Source: Eledone cirrhosa
Taxonomy: Eukaryota
Length of the DNA: 64,000 nt
Direction of reading: 5' to 3'
NCBI GenBank assembly: GCA_964016885.1
Contig: OZ024743.1
Location: forward strand, 9,052,001-9,116,000
In this document: piece after piece, positions 27,634-41,822 of the stretch
Layout: the number at the start of each line of letters is the position of its first letter
Numbering within the stretch: position 1 is the stretch's first letter
Translations under genes and position numbers: made by a program
The notes under the pieces: model-generated
What the model saw: only the letters and a program-made list of their open reading frames with translations
Told to the model about the DNA's origin: nothing
The model's database searches: none

Positions 27634-28467
27634 CCCATGATCATAAGTCGGCTTTATCTGGGAAGAACTGGGGTTATACAACAGCGACATATACTGATAA
27701 TTATTACGATAATATAAATAGCTAGGTTACAATTATGACAGAAAATAAAGGTGTTAGTCAGAAAAGAGATGGGCTGGAAAGCTATATATAGAATATTGGA
27801 GTGGGACGAAACTTCTCTGTCGGCTGTATGTGTAAAGTATATCGAATATCAAACAGATAGGATGTACAGAAAAGGGGTTACAAGAATAGTTAACAGATCG
27901 GTTGAGTGGGGGAGGAGGCAATAGTATACAGATCGGGGAAACATTGGTTATGGAAGGACACTGGTAAATAACGATAAGCAGGGTAGATGATAAGTGAAGT
28001 GGTAAATATTGAACATTGAAGTCTATAAGGGAGCAGAAAGCAACTGACTTATGATAGATACTAAATTGATAAAGTTAGAATATATAAGGAAGAAGAAGAA
28101 GAAGAAGAAGAAGAAGAAGAAGAAGAAGAAGAAGAAGAAGAAGAAGAAGAAGAAGATGATGATGATGATGACTATGAATGAGAAGATATGAGTGTGTGTG
28201 TTTTGTGTTTTTAATGACCAATTTTTTGTTTGTTTAGAATTCTAAGGATCAATCAGGCTGCTAACACATAAGAATAAACATCACCCGATTCATTTTTACT
28301 ATTTTAATAAAACCCCTTATACATATTGTATATGTCCCTGTTTGGCAATATTGTAGATACTGTATGTTCTCTTTACGGTCGTATAGTCTTCTTATTGCTT
28401 GCTTGCCTCTGTCAACACAGATATTCGTATAGAAGAAGTAGCTATCGGTACTGTATTCACTTGATGA

Positions 28468-28566
<99 letters not shown>

Positions 28567-28623
28567 GAAATACTCTCTCTCTCTCTCACACACACACACA
28601 CATATATATATATAGATATATAG

Positions 28624-28689
<66 letters not shown>

Positions 28690-29250
28690 GAAATACTCTC
28701 TCTCTCTCTCACACACACACACATATATATATATAGATATATAGATATATATGCAGGCATGTAAGCAGGTGTAGCTGTTTGTGATTGTATATGTAGCAAA
28801 AATTAAACATATTATATGTATGAAAACACGTTTCTATATGAATACACGTAATATATAATTTAGGCAAAAACTATTTATTTATTACGTTTTTTAGATGGAT
28901 CTGCTTTGGTATTATTGGATTTTCAAACAAGAGAAAAAAACAGGAATTGCATATTGTAGGAGAGAAAGAAGGGTGGAGTGAAAATACAGGAAGAGTGTCT
29001 ACGAGAATGTCAACACAAGTGGATGTATATGAAGCCAGTATCTGTAGAAAATAGAATGATAGAACAAGCTTATATGTGAATTGACTGGAGGACTGCAAAT
29101 TACGTTGGGGAGAAAAATATTATAAAGATATTACCATTAAATATTACATTATATATGTATGTATGAATATATGTATATTATGTATATTATAGTATATTAT
29201 ATATATTATATATATCATATATATATATCATATATACATATATATACATC

Positions 29251-29282
<32 letters not shown>

Positions 29283-29435
29283 CGTATATGTATACATATA
29301 TACGTATATATATATATATATATATACATACATATATACACACACTCACACATATATATATATACATACTCACACACATACACACACACACATATAAATA
29401 TATATATATATTTATTCATATATATATATATACAC

Positions 29436-29466
<31 letters not shown>

Positions 29467-30486
29467 TGTATGTATGTATGTATGTATGTATGTATGTATG
29501 TATGTATGTATGTATGTATGTATGTATGTATGTAGGTAGGTAGCTAGGTATGTAGTTAGGTAGGTAGCTAGGTATGTATGTTGCTAAGGAAAAATACAAG
29601 ATTTGACGAAGGAACAAGGATAAAGTCAGATAATAATTTTAAAAAATGTCATTGGATTAAAACTGACTTCAACCTATAACAAAAAAATATTTAGAGTGGA
29701 TGAGTAAAACAGAAAATCCATTGTTATCGTAAAAGCTGGCACAGAAGGAAAATAAAGTGTCAACTTACAATTGAAATTAAACTATCTATGTATGTGGAGT
29801 AGTTATTCCATTGTAGTTTTGGACAGAATCAACGGGCAAATAGATAATATAGAAGAAGAATTCTTGGTGCTTTGTTAGCGATGGAACAATTGTATTAGAG
29901 ACACTCGTCTCTTTCCACAATCATTTCCATCTGTCTTCACATACATACACAAACACTCATATAGACACACATACACAAACACTCATATACATACACATAC
30001 ACATACACACATCATTTACATTTCTTTTACATAACAATCATGCTCGCATGTAGACAGTCATTTCTAACCGATTTTACATACATACAAACTACAGACACAT
30101 GTATATGCACACTCCATGTATGTATGCAGTTCACTTCATATACAATTATACTTACATACGCTTTTTTCGTTTGCCTATACATTCATTGAAGAAGAGTACA
30201 TATATAGATAATATTTACAGTCTACTCACATGCACTCTCTGACACACACAGAATTCTATCTCCTCTCTCTCTCACACACACATTGAAATGTACATAATCA
30301 CTGATATGACCATACTAAGAAACATCCGCATATCTGACTATATATGCATACATACACTATATATGCATACATACACTAAATATGCATACATACACTATAT
30401 ATGCATACATATACTACAGTTGTATGTTCACTCACGTTTACATAGATTCTCGAATTAGTATTTTCTCTCTTTTATAAACATTCTCT

Positions 30487-30544
<58 letters not shown>

Positions 30545-30667
30545 TAGAGGACACATCACACACATACACACGCGTGTGTGTATATATATATAAATATCTA
30601 TATAAATATATAAATCTCTCTCTCTCTTTATATATATATATATATATACACATAGGGAGAGAGAGAG

Positions 30668-30746
<79 letters not shown>

Positions 30747-30748
<2 letters not shown>

Positions 30749-30825
30749 TGTTGAAGTTACCGTTGAAAAAGTCAGAGGAATGAAGAGTGCTCTATGTAAG
30801 TTACAGAGCTAAATATTTAATGTAT
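30747..30825 (-). mobile_element. 3' end of the 25225-type TA-associated element
   Basis: GAAGAGTGCTCTATGTAAGTTACAGAGCT resembles 25257-25284; abuts (TA)n. Confidence 0.7.
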
Positions 30826-30829
30826 AATA

Positions 30830-31006
30830 TAATTGTTTCTACTTTAGGCACAAGGCCAGCAATTACCCAGTACATTACTGGTACTTTATATTATCGACCC
30901 CGTAAGGATGAAAGGCAAAGTTAACCTCGGTGGGATTTGAACTCAGACTGCAAAGGGACGTAACTATGCTAGAAAGCATGGTGTCCAACCCTCTACCGAT
31001 ACTGCC
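30830..31006 (-). mobile_element. tRNA-derived SINE family A
   Basis: Near-full reverse copy of 10728-10917. Confidence 0.9.
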
Positions 31007-31359
31007 AAAATATAATATTGCCTTGTCTGACGAGCGAATGCGGACGTTTCTTGTATCTGTCTTATTCGGGAAACCTCTGGTAATGAGGTAATTATATTGT
31101 ATTGTTTATTATACATTAAATATATATATATAAATGGAGAGAGAGAGAGAGAGACGTATATACATGTACATAAACACATACACACACAAATCTTTCTTTT
31201 CAATCACCTTCGTCTAGATAATATAGTTCAATAAATACGTCAATAAATACGTCAGTAAAGCTTTTTAACCATTTTACCGAAAAGAGGGTAGTGTCTTGTC
31301 AGATATAGCAGAACGCCGGACTAAATTTAGGGTAGGTTTCATCTAGGGCCCAGTTTGTA

Positions 31360-31515
31360 ACATCCCCACAACCACATGGCCCTTGGATTCCTTTAGTGGA
31401 AAGTGTCATGTGCGCTATCATTCTTTATTTAACTAAGTTCTTGAAAATAAATTGATAAATGAGTATCATAAAGTATGTATATATGTTTCGGGCATGAGCC
31501 CTTCATCAGGAAAGT
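31360..31515 (-). mobile_element. Penelope-like 3' fragment with hammerhead core
   Basis: Minus strand CTGATGA-A-GGGC-TCAT-GCCC-GAAAC (31509-31485) with a downstream AATAAA; stems I and III are degenerate. Confidence 0.55.
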
Positions 31516-31622
31516 GGAGGGGGATGAACTCCGAGAAAGAGTGAGGGGGGAGTTAGCGAGAAAAATAGGAAAAAAATAAATTGAACATGGAACATGTATA
31601 TATATATATATATATATATATA

Positions 31623-31669
<47 letters not shown>

Positions 31670-31722
31670 ATATATATATATATTATATATTAAATATATA
31701 TACATACTTTATTACACTATAT

Positions 31723-31876
31723 AGGCAGGGCTGTGTGGTTGAGTCCGTTCCACAACCACGTGCTTCTGAGCTCAGTCCCGCTGCGCGGTTCCTCGAGCAA
31801 ATGTCCTCTTCTATAGTCTCGGGTTAATTAATAACTTGTGAGTGGAATTTGGTAGACAGAAACCGAAGAAGCCCGT
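31723..31876 (+). mobile_element. tRNA-derived SINE family B (CORE-like), degenerate
   Basis: tRNA-like head, CCTCGAGCAAATGTCCTCTTCTATAG, TTGTGAGTGGAATTTGG...GAAGCCCGT; another copy at 50870-51005. Confidence 0.6.
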
Positions 31877-32289
31877 TGCGCCTATAAATTGCACTTGGTC
31901 ATTTACTCGTTTCGTATCCCGATATTCTGAGTTTTTGTTATTATTGATGTTGTTATTGTATAGATATATAATCACAAGCATTCCACTCATGATTTCTCAT
32001 CCGGTCTTTTTTTTCAGACACAGTGTATGTAGAATTTGTGTGGATTTAGGGAGATTTGGCTGCTATTTCTAGTAGGTGGAGCAGCGATTTAGAATCCTAC
32101 CTCTTCAGTGATATTGTGGCCGACTTCACATGAGTGGATAATATGTGTGATACGTATGTATGGACCAGTAACTCTTCATGGAGAGGTAGGCACGCCGTCA
32201 TGACATAAGGCGACATGTCTTGGGGACTTTAAACCTGGCGGAACCCATGCGCTCTTTAGGTCTGAACGATTTCTATCAGAAAAGGAGAG

Positions 32290-32327
<38 letters not shown>

Positions 32328-32767
32328 AGAAAAAGAGAAAGAAAAAGAGAAAGAAAAAGAGAAAGAAAAAGAGAAAGAAAAAGAGAAAGAGAGAGTGATA
32401 GAGAGGAAGTGAGAAAGATATATTGAGAAAGAATCTTCAGTACAGGACTCGTACTTTTTTATTGACTTCGAAAGAATGACATGCAAAGCTGGAGTTGAAC
32501 TCAGAGAGTTTATCCGACGTTCTAACAAACAATTCATAGCACATACCAGTGATATATTGGGGTATATATTCAATCGTTTATAACAGTACAGTTTTGTGTC
32601 ACAACGAAAAAAAAAAAATCAGTAATTTTCACCTGATTGTGATAGGAATTGAGTTGTGGAATAAAAGTAACCCCAGTGCCAACACTGTGTACCAGTTTCT
32701 ATTCTACTGGTGGTAACTTAAAATTATATCACTAAAAACTTACAGAAATGAGTGAACATCACGAAAT

Positions 32768-32949
32768 CAGACCCGTCCGACGAGGAGATTTCCCACCGTC
32801 CGACAGGGGTGGGTGAGAGATGTCTTCTCTTGTGAAAATAGATATAGTTTTTATTATGTAAAATCTCCCCATTTTGCCTCATTTCTTTCCGTTTTGGGCC
32901 CTTTTTTCATGGGACTCCCCGTTTGGGTTTTTAGAGGTTGGCATGTCTG
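32768..32949 (+). mobile_element. MITE family M6, copy 2
   Basis: CAGACC...GTTGGCATGTCTG; flanks CGAAAT / TGAAAT (6 bp, 1 mismatch). Confidence 0.7.
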
Positions 32950-33212
32950 TGAAATAACACTTCCTTTTTAGTTTATTTCCTAGATCAATAATGTTTAACA
33001 AAGGTGTTTTAGTGCCATAGAGGTAAAATAACGGAGAAACGTGTGAATTAAAGAAACTACATGTAGTTTTTCGATCTGCAAGAAGTAGCAGCCAAATTTC
33101 CTTAAAACTACGCCCTACCCTCTTGAAAATGGAAAGACAAATTGGATAATGTGTTATTGGAAACGTAATGTATGACTAGAAGGCCTTTCATTAAAGACCT
33201 ACTTAACGTGAA

Positions 33213-33495
33213 GGTGCGTAGTTTAGGGATTAGGGTTTCTTGTGGTGTGTTTACTCCTTGAGGAAGATTCTTTATGTCACGTTGCTCCCGTCAACTCAGC
33301 TGGTAAAAATGAGTTGTAATTGTAATTCAAAGGCTAGCCTTGTTACCCAATGTGTCACGCTCAATATCCCTGCGCATTACGTTATTAGTACTCGTGTCTG
33401 TGGAATACTAAGCCGGTTGCACGTTAATTTCAAGAGCAGGCTTTTCTGTAGTTGGAACAACTGGAACACTTATCTTCACAACCGACGGAGGTACA
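33213..33495 (+). mobile_element. SINE family C, degenerate
   Basis: TCCTTGAGGAAG...CACGTTGCTCC...GTAATTCAAAGGCTAGCCTTGTTAC...ACCGACGGAGGT; homologous to 47670-47920. Confidence 0.6.
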
Positions 33496-33811
33496 ACGCA
33501 CTTAGACCGGTACAGTCCATCCGACAAGCTGCCATAAATTCTTGCCAATTTCACTCTCAAGGCTTAGTCAATTTCAAGGAATAATAAAAAGACATTTGCC
33601 CCAGATTTCAAGCGGTGAATTCTACGACTGCAGGATTCTATGATTGTAAAATGAACTTTCTAACCATTTGTCTATACCTGTACCGATTGAGATCCTCTAT
33701 GACCACTACATATACGAAATATAAGCACCACCACAACTACTGCATCCTCACTCCAATCCCACCAACACCACCACATATAACAACATCTCAAGCACACCTA
33801 CGGAATTCAAC

Positions 33812-33846
<35 letters not shown>

Positions 33847-34271
33847 CTATTTAGTCACTCGACTTGCTAGGAACAGCTAAATCTCCCTCAAAGTATCTTA
33901 AAAAGATGAAGGACACGGAATTGTAACGTTTGTAATGTTAAGTTTGTTCAATAAGGGTTGACCTGTGTTTAAATAACAACTGTAATACTACTATCACTGT
34001 GACGGACACCACACAACAACTATAAGCACTAACTGTCACCAACCATGACATAAATCATTGAATGAGCATCTATCTTGTCACTCGACCCTCTAGAAATAGC
34101 AGCCTGGTTTCCCTCAAATTAGACTCTACCATCTTTAGAAAAGGAAAGGATGCACTAGAATACTAGAATATGTAGTCCTAGGTATACAGAAATGAAAATA
34201 TGGTGACGGCTGGAATGTGGTTGCTCACATATCAGCCTGATCAGAGGTGACTTGTGTGTGTATATATATAT

Positions 34272-34347
34272 CTTCTGAAGATCCCGTTAAGGGTGAAAGC
34301 AGCGATTCTTTAATCTGTTATTTTAATAAATATTTGCTCTAGGGTTT
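34272..34347 (+). mobile_element. Minimal hammerhead-core element in (TA)n
   Basis: CTGAAGA-T-CCC-GTTAA-GGG-T-GAAA (34275-34298) then TTTAATCTGTTATTTTAATAAA; reverse-strand 3' fragments at ~55075-55110 and ~59234-59280. Confidence 0.6.
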
Positions 34348-34495
34348 TTATATATTTGATATATATTTATCCTTATCGAGCCCTCTTTGGATTTTAGTCA
34401 TGACATTTATTATTATTACTATATATATATATATTATATATATATATATATAAATGAAAAGTATAGAAAATGTAGCAAGAAGCCAACAGTATTCC

Positions 34496-34615
<120 letters not shown>

Positions 34616-34714
34616 TTAGTTAAGCAAAACAAGACCACAAATTTCATAAGGAAGACATTATTAAAAGATTAAAAGATTGTCAACATAGTTTTAGTTTAAT
34701 GTAAGGAATGTAGA

Positions 34715-34760
<46 letters not shown>

Positions 34761-34763
<3 letters not shown>

Positions 34764-35570
34764 TGAATTTAGAGATCCACAGACATGGAACTGGTTGAGA
34801 AGAGGAGACCTCAAAAAGGCTACAGAAGGAATGCTAATGGCTGCGCAGGAGCAGGCCCTCAAAACGAAGTGGTTGAAGCACCATATCTACAAGGAGGAGG
34901 CTAGCCCACTGTGCAGGATCTGTGGAGAGAGAGAGGAGACTGTGGCTCACATTGTGTCCGAGTGTAAACACCTAGCCCAGACCCACTATAAGGGCTGGAG
35001 ACACGATGTGATGGGCAGGGTGATCCACTGGCACCTGTGCAAAGTAAACAATCTACCACATTCTGAGAAATGGTATGAGCATAGGCCAGAGGCGGTGATA
35101 GAGAACAGTCAGGTGAAGGTGCTGTGGGATTTTAGGATACAGACGGACAAAAAACTGGAACACAATAGACCTGACCTGGTGGTTGTGGACAAAGAAAAAA
35201 GATCGTGCCTGATTGTGGATGTGGCCTGCCCGTTCGACACGAGAGTGCAAGAGAAGGAGAGGGAGAAAATTAACCGATACCAGGACCTAAAGTGGGAGGT
35301 GAAAAGGATTTGGAACTGCCATGAAGTCAAAGTGATCCCGATTGTCATAGGCGCACTGGGGACTATCTCCAAAGGTTTCCAGGGATGGTTAAAGAAAATC
35401 GGCCCCTTCACGCTTTTTGGAACGCTTCAAAAGGCATGCTTGCTTGGAACGGCAAGAACCCTCCGATACGTCCTGAATATCTGAGGCTGCAGGTAGTGGC
35501 TTGATATTCAATCCAACGGACTTTCCAGTTAACCAACATCAATGACTGAGATTCAAGGAATAACAATAAC

Positions 35571-35575
<5 letters not shown>
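34761..35575 (+). mobile_element. Dong/R4-like retrotransposon, 5'-truncated copy 2, in (TAA)n
   Basis: Matches 43063-43875 with only two amino-acid differences in the supplied translations (VIENS vs VMENS, DKKLE vs DKQLE). (TAA)n on both sides. CCHC and REL motifs intact. Confidence 0.95.
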
Positions 35576-35619
<44 letters not shown>

Positions 35620-35622
<3 letters not shown>

Positions 35623-36060
35623 GACTTTCAAAAGAGGGTATGCCTGCTAATTGATATGTCTGTTCCAATAGACAAGAATGTATCTATAAAAACATTTGAA
35701 AACTTGAGCAAGTATAAGGACCTGGAGATAGAAATTGGAAAAATGTGGAAATTGAGAACTAAAACAATACCAGTGGTTGTAGGCGCTCTGTGAATGATAC
35801 CTAAGGGGTCTAATGATTACTTATCGTAAATCCCAGGAAACCCGCGTATAGGAGAAATACAAAAGATAGTACTAATGGGAACTGCCCATATACTAAGGAA
35901 GATTCTGTCAATATAAGTACATCACAAGTCTAAACACTAAAGATGCATGTGTGAATATGTATGTTCTTTCTTGAACATGGCAGACCTTGTTGTCTCTTGA
36001 GGTCACTGGTTGTGACTTGGTGATAACTCGTATGAACATAAAGCAAGATAAATGCAACTA
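35620..36060 (+). pseudogene. Second, older Dong/R4-like family: REL C-terminus and 3'UTR, in tandem in (TAA)n
   Basis: KDFQKRVCLLIDMSVP...KYKDLEIEIGKMWKLRTKTIPVVVGAL*...IQKIVLMGTAHILRKILSI* with in-frame stops; (TAA)n before and after. Confidence 0.85.
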
Positions 36061-36189
36061 TAATAATAATAATATTAATATTGCACATTGAGCACATGCC
36101 TTTACGCTTTGGCTTCTAACTAATTCACCAATCTCTCTTCTCCTCTCCTATCTCTATCTCTCACTTTAAGATTGGTTACTCTTGAACTG

Positions 36190-36235
<46 letters not shown>

Positions 36236-36349
36236 TGAAATTGCTTACACTAATATACCCACTCTGCATCTTACCATGCATCGAGTATTTCTTTGATTTG
36301 AGGTCTTCCCTGCCCCAGTACCACAGATTATTAATGTATATATAAATAT

Positions 36350-36412
<63 letters not shown>

Positions 36413-36415
<3 letters not shown>

Positions 36416-36619
36416 CGTTTCTGAATTTGTTTAGCAAGATTCTTTATCTGAAATCGTGTGTTGAAACCGATATTGTTATACTTTGGGAGGGTCATGTTGC
36501 CAATAAGAAACACACGCACCAGTTTCTTTCACTTCAATTTATTATAATAAATTGAAGTGAAAGCAACTGGTGCGTGTGTTTCTTATTGGCAACATGACCC
36601 TTCCAAAGTATAACAATAT
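36413..36619 (-). mobile_element. Fold-back element in (TA)n, same family as 58191-59200
   Basis: Zero-spacer palindrome centred at 36544/36545; 75-bp arms (36470-36544 / 36545-36619) with 2 mismatches; the long arm runs to (TA)n at 36413. Confidence 0.85.
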
Positions 36620-36640
36620 ATATATATATTTATATATATA

Positions 36641-36835
36641 TAGGAAAAGAGTCAGGACCCCGACGGCTGAGCTCCGGCCGTTTCGACAGCCAGATCTGAA
36701 CAGATCTGTTCAGATCTAGCTGTCGAAACGGCCGGAGCTCAGCCATCGGGGTCCTGACTTTTTTCTATTACCCTAAATATCGAGTACTCTGGTGTGTTAT
36801 GGTCCACCTGGTTCCATACCACACTCCCTACGTTA
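36641..36835 (+). mobile_element. Fold-back element in (TA)n with the 3' half of a hammerhead
   Basis: Palindrome centred at 36704/36705. GAAAC-GGC-N9-GCC-RTC (36725-36747) forms stem III plus NUH. 3' motif ATCGAGTACTCTGG. Related to 41319-41510 and 59321-59476. Confidence 0.8.
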
Positions 36836-38859
36836 TATATATATATATATTTCTGCAAACACTATGCACATTTCAGTGGTCAGGTTGCGTATGAACCCGG
36901 TGACCCCATCAGGCGTAAATTGCGGAATAGTTGGATACCAACGGAATGATGGTAAACTTTAAGGCAACAAGCAAAGAAAAGACAGAGAGGAAAAAGTTTG
37001 TGTATATGTTTTTGACCCAGAGACGGATGAAGTAGCATGCTGTCACCTTGCCTCCTCCGTCTCTGAGTTGAGGGTGTAAGGTAGTAGCAGGAACAGAGTT
37101 AAATACTTCAATTAAAATAGAAGAGAGGGTTTCACTATATTCCTTTAATTTTACAAAATTACATAATACGTTTTTCTCTGGTCAGCTTACGTCATCAAAC
37201 CACGACGCAAGACAATCGGTGACATTATCAGATGTAATGAACATTAAAGGTTTTAAAGATTTAGACCAGTAATCCTACCAGGTTACAGGTCGTCCGTTGT
37301 AATCCATTGTTTACATTTTGCTGAAATCATTAGGGTCTGATAACGTAAGCCGACCATAGAAATACGTATTAGGTAATTTACATTAAAGGAATATATTGGA
37401 AGCTGGCCTTCTATTTTTATTGAAATGTACACACACACACACACATACACACTCAAACACACACACACATATATATATATGTTATTTTAATGATTTCCAT
37501 GTTTCGACTAGTACTTATTTTGTCAATCTGATTTTGTCAATCTCTGAATACAAACGATCTTTTCTAAAGAAAGCGATAATGAGTGATAGAGAAAGAATCT
37601 ACACCAGTACGTGACTGGTACTTCATTTATCGACTTTCAAAGGATGAAAGTTGCTCTCGATGGAATTTAAACTTGCAGCATGCTGAGCCAGACGTAATAA
37701 AATAGTGAAGCATGTTTAATCCTACGCCTAAATGATGCTGACAATTGGCATATATACATACATACACACACACACACATACTCTCGCTGTTCCCTTTATT
37801 TACATGTCCCAACGACTTTCTTTAGCCGTTGCTCGCACCAACCGGAGGTATATGGTCTTTAAAGCGAAGAAATACCGATGATGGTTGGAAGATCACTGAT
37901 GAAGGACCACTTTATTCATATATATATGCATGCATATATGTGCATACTAGAGATATGTTAAGCCAAATCTTTCAAGATATTTGTAGGTACTTTTCAATGT
38001 GGTATATAGTTTATCGACCCAAAACCTATAAGTTGCTTTGTGCTCTTGAAGAAAACACTTCATTTCACATAGCTCCTTTCAACTCATCTGAAAATGATTA
38101 TCTATGGGTTAAATCGGAGATGAACTGGCGTTCAGTGCAACGGAGGGGGGCAGCATGTGCCCTCAGTCGCTTAACGTCATTGAAACCTAGATAATCTCCA
38201 GTCTGGTTAACCTCAGGGCTTCGGATAGACTTTATCTCTTTATGTATTGTGTACCCCAACCGCAAAAAAAAAAGAAAAAAACCAAAATAAAAACAAAAAA
38301 CTTTCACATACAAGAACACAAACACAGACACAGACTCGCACGCACACACATCACATATATGGGCATATAATTTGCTCTTTCTTTCTTTCATATGAGATAG
38401 CAATCACGTGACATCCATAGGCGCTGTAACCAGCTCACGGTAGTGGGATTCAGATGAGTGAGGTCTCAGGTGGTCGATATCCGGCCCCCTGTGTGTATTC
38501 TGCAGTCTACTCTGGTGAGCCAAACAGGCAAGATTGGCAGGCTTATCATAGGGCGTTGGCACACCCACCCTAGGTACTAGCTCCATAACTTTGTCTACAG
38601 TACTACCCAGTATGCCTCCCCGGTGTACAATAAGTTGGTGTGACAGTTGATTAGCTTTCTATATAATGGGAATTTGGCAACCGTTGTTGCTGTATTTGTG
38701 AGATATACAATCAAATAAATTATTTTGATCCATACATATATGATAGCTGACCCTCGTTATCGAGTATGGCCATTGCAATATAACATTATTAATAATTCTC
38801 AATTAATTCTATCGTGCAATGCTTGTGCCTGAATATTTTTTTTAAGTGAGGAAAGACTG

Positions 38860-39320
38860 TGCACTGAGCCAATCCCACTCTCTGGGCGACAGTAGCTATA
38901 ACCCGAAAAGAAGAAAAGATCAACATCATCGCTTACTGAGCCTCAGGTTTTATGTCGGAGTTATCCCAGTTTTCTGAGTTGCCTTCTCCTAGTAGATTGC
39001 CCTGACAAAGGCTAGGAATCTTTCACTCCCAGTTGTTTAACTGCGCGATCAGGTATCCAGCCCGACTATTTCTATGTCCCCGCCATATACATACACATGG
39101 ATACACGTATATACATATATACATACATACACATGCATACATGTATATACATATGTACAGATTTTTGGATGGCCGTTGACTTTTATGAGTTCTTCCGCCC
39201 TTTGTAAGTTTTTGTTTTTTGTCCTGCAGGATGTCCAAATTCACCCTCCTCACCAAGTAAACTTGGTGGGGTTGCCGGTTTAGTCACCGACGACCTGGGG
39301 TACATGTTACCAGTAGCACT
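38860..39320 (-). mobile_element. Diverged relative of family R (RTE-like), interrupted by a microsatellite
   Basis: Reverse complement gives GTGCTACTGGTAACATGTA...GGCAACCCCACCAAG-TTTA-CTTGGTGAGGAGGGTG...CTAGGAGAAGG...AGAGAGTGGGATTGGC. Confidence 0.75.
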
Positions 39321-39343
39321 CTAGAGTCGATAGACAAGATACC

Positions 39344-39535
39344 AGACTTCGTCAAATCGGACCGAGGGAACAATGTTTCCATTCGTCTTTCCAATTAATA
39401 CTATCTACCAATCGCAAATCCAGGCAGAAGGAGCAATGTGAAATAAAGTGTTTTGCTCAAGGACATAAAACATCGCTCGGTCCGGCAATCAAACTCACAA
39501 CCTCACGATTGCGAATCCAGTTCTCTAATCACTCT
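39344..39535 (-). mobile_element. tRNA-derived SINE (head with GTCCTTGAGCAA), copy 1
   Basis: Homologous to 55923-56130, including the segment GACTTCGTCAAATCGGACCGAGG. Confidence 0.75.
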
Positions 39536-39587
39536 AATACCTTTACATGCATACAAACATATATATATATATATATATATATATTGG

Positions 39588-39666
<79 letters not shown>

Positions 39667-39695
39667 ATCTCTTTCTCTCTCTCTCTCTCTCTCTC

Positions 39696-39731
<36 letters not shown>

Positions 39732-39732
39732 A

Positions 39733-39920
39733 TATAGAAAAGGCTTTTACAGGACTGAACTGTTTCATTCAGGAGAAATCATCAGGAAGCCTGATGATTT
39801 CTCCCGAATGAAACAGTTCTAGTCCTGTAGAAGCCTTTTCTATACATATATATATATATACTCTGCTATGTATTGAGTACCTTACTTACTGTGGTTACCC
39901 CCGATTGAACCCGGGATAAA

Positions 39921-39921
<1 letters not shown>
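39733..39921 (+). mobile_element. Fold-back hammerhead-like element in (TA)n
   Basis: IR of ~54-bp arms centred at ~39787-39789. CTGATGA-T-TTC-TCCC-GAA-T-GAAAC (39791-39814). 3' hairpin ACTCT...GAGT (39860-39878). TA on both sides. Confidence 0.8.
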
Positions 39922-39981
<60 letters not shown>

Positions 39982-40203
39982 CGAATGAGAGAGAGAGGAA
40001 GAGAGAGAGAACGGTTGATAGACAGCGAGAGATGTGAAGAAGGTAGATATATATAATATATACTCGTGCTTGTGTACGTGTAAAGCGTCTGACATGGTGA
40101 ACGTTTGTATCTATTTGCTGTAGAGAGAAGTTAAGGAATTGTGAGAGATAATAGAGGGAAAGAGAGAAGGTAGAACATGTTGAAATTATTAGTGAAATAA
40201 TAC

Positions 40204-40287
<84 letters not shown>

Positions 40288-40613
40288 ATAGAGAGAGAGA
40301 GACAGAGAGAACAGAGAAGAAAGAAGAAAGAGAGATAGAGATATATAGACAGATAGAGATAGATAGATAGAGATAGAGATAGAGATAGATAGAGAGAGAA
40401 AGAGTGTGTGTGTCTAAGCGAAGTATTTTCTAGCTGTGTCTGTGTGTTCGTATCTAGGAAATGAAAGCAATAACGTCTGTATATATACCAGATGTCCCAT
40501 AAGCAATGCAGCCATTTAAACATTCATTCAATGTTCAATGCTGCCTTACATTTTCTATGTATATATATATATATACACTCTCACGTATGTATGTATGTAT
40601 GTATGTATGTATG

Positions 40614-40870
40614 TTATCTCTTTCTCTTAATTTCGAGTATATTTTTTTGACCGGCCACCTTCCTGGTGGCAAGGTTGTAAAAGAAAAGAAATTGTCATCC
40701 CTTGAATCGCAAGAATGTTTTGCAAATGTTGAAGGTGCCAGCTATCGCAGCCATTTGTAGACTATGAATTAGGGAGCTGCGGTCTTTGTCCACAAATCCA
40801 AGTTCAGTCATACTTTGGTCCAAGCGGGTTGGTATATAACCCGTAGCACCAATAATGATGGTATGAAGCT
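40614..40870 (-). mobile_element. REL family A, second 5'-truncated copy in (CATA)n
   Basis: Near-identical to 19015-19272; (TATG)n immediately on both sides. Confidence 0.9.
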
Positions 40871-41318
40871 ATGTATGTATGTATGTATGTATGTATGTAT
40901 GTATGTATGTATGTATGTATGTATGTATGTATGTATGTATGTATGTATGTAGGTATGTATGCATGTGTGTACGTATGTGTGTAGGTATGTATCTGTGTGT
41001 ATATGTCTGTCTGTATGTATGTATGTCTATGTATGTAGGTATGTGTGTATGTATGTGTGTGTGTACGTATGTGTGTAGGTATGTATCTGTGTGTGATGTA
41101 TGTCTATATGTATGTGTGTGTGTGTGCACGAATGTGTGTATATGTCGGTGTGTATTTATGTGCGTATGTAGTGTATATATGTATGTGTATGTATGTATGT
41201 GTGTATGTATGCCTGTATGTAATATATGTGGGTATGTATTATATCCTCGTACTGACCAATACTATATGTGTGAAATTTGATTGACAGGAGCTATGCGGAA
41301 GCCCGCCGTATATATATA

Positions 41319-41508
41319 TAGGAAAAGTATGACCCCGACGGCAGAGCTCAAGCCGTTTCGACGGCTATTTGAGTCCAGAAATAGCCGTCGAAACGGCTTG
41401 AGCTCTGCCGTCGGGGTCATACTTTTTCCTATTTCCCACTCTACTACCCTAAGTATTGAGTACTCTGGTGCGTTATGGTCCATCTGGTTCCTTACCACAA
41501 TTCCTTTG

Positions 41509-41510
<2 letters not shown>
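41319..41510 (+). mobile_element. Fold-back element in (TA)n with the 3' half of a hammerhead
   Basis: ~50-bp arms around loop GAGTCCAG (41371-41378); GAAAC-GGC-N9-GCC-GTC (41390-41412); 3' hairpin from 41438. Confidence 0.82.
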
Positions 41511-41574
<64 letters not shown>

Positions 41575-41578
<4 letters not shown>

Positions 41579-41765
41579 TGTTTCTACTTTTGGCACAAGG
41601 CCAGCAAATCCCCAGTGCATTACTGGTACTTTATTCTATCGACCCCGGAAGGATGAAAGGCAAAGTTAACCTCGGCGGGATTTGAACTCAGATCATACAG
41701 GGAGGTAACTCTATGCTGGAAAGCATGGCATCCGACCCTCTACCGATACTGCCAATCAACCGCCT
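41575..41765 (-). mobile_element. tRNA-derived SINE family A, full length, between (TAA)n tracts
   Basis: A/B boxes and core as at 10728. Confidence 0.9.

Positions 41766-41820
<55 letters not shown>

Positions 41821-41822
<2 letters not shown>

Noticed and set aside
34795-35484. Stand-alone 229-aa endonuclease gene
   Set aside because: The start is a TTG inside a 5'-truncated copy of the 41.8-kb retrotransposon.
37890-37920. CTGATGAAGG as a hammerhead
   Set aside because: No stem II partner or GAAA follows.
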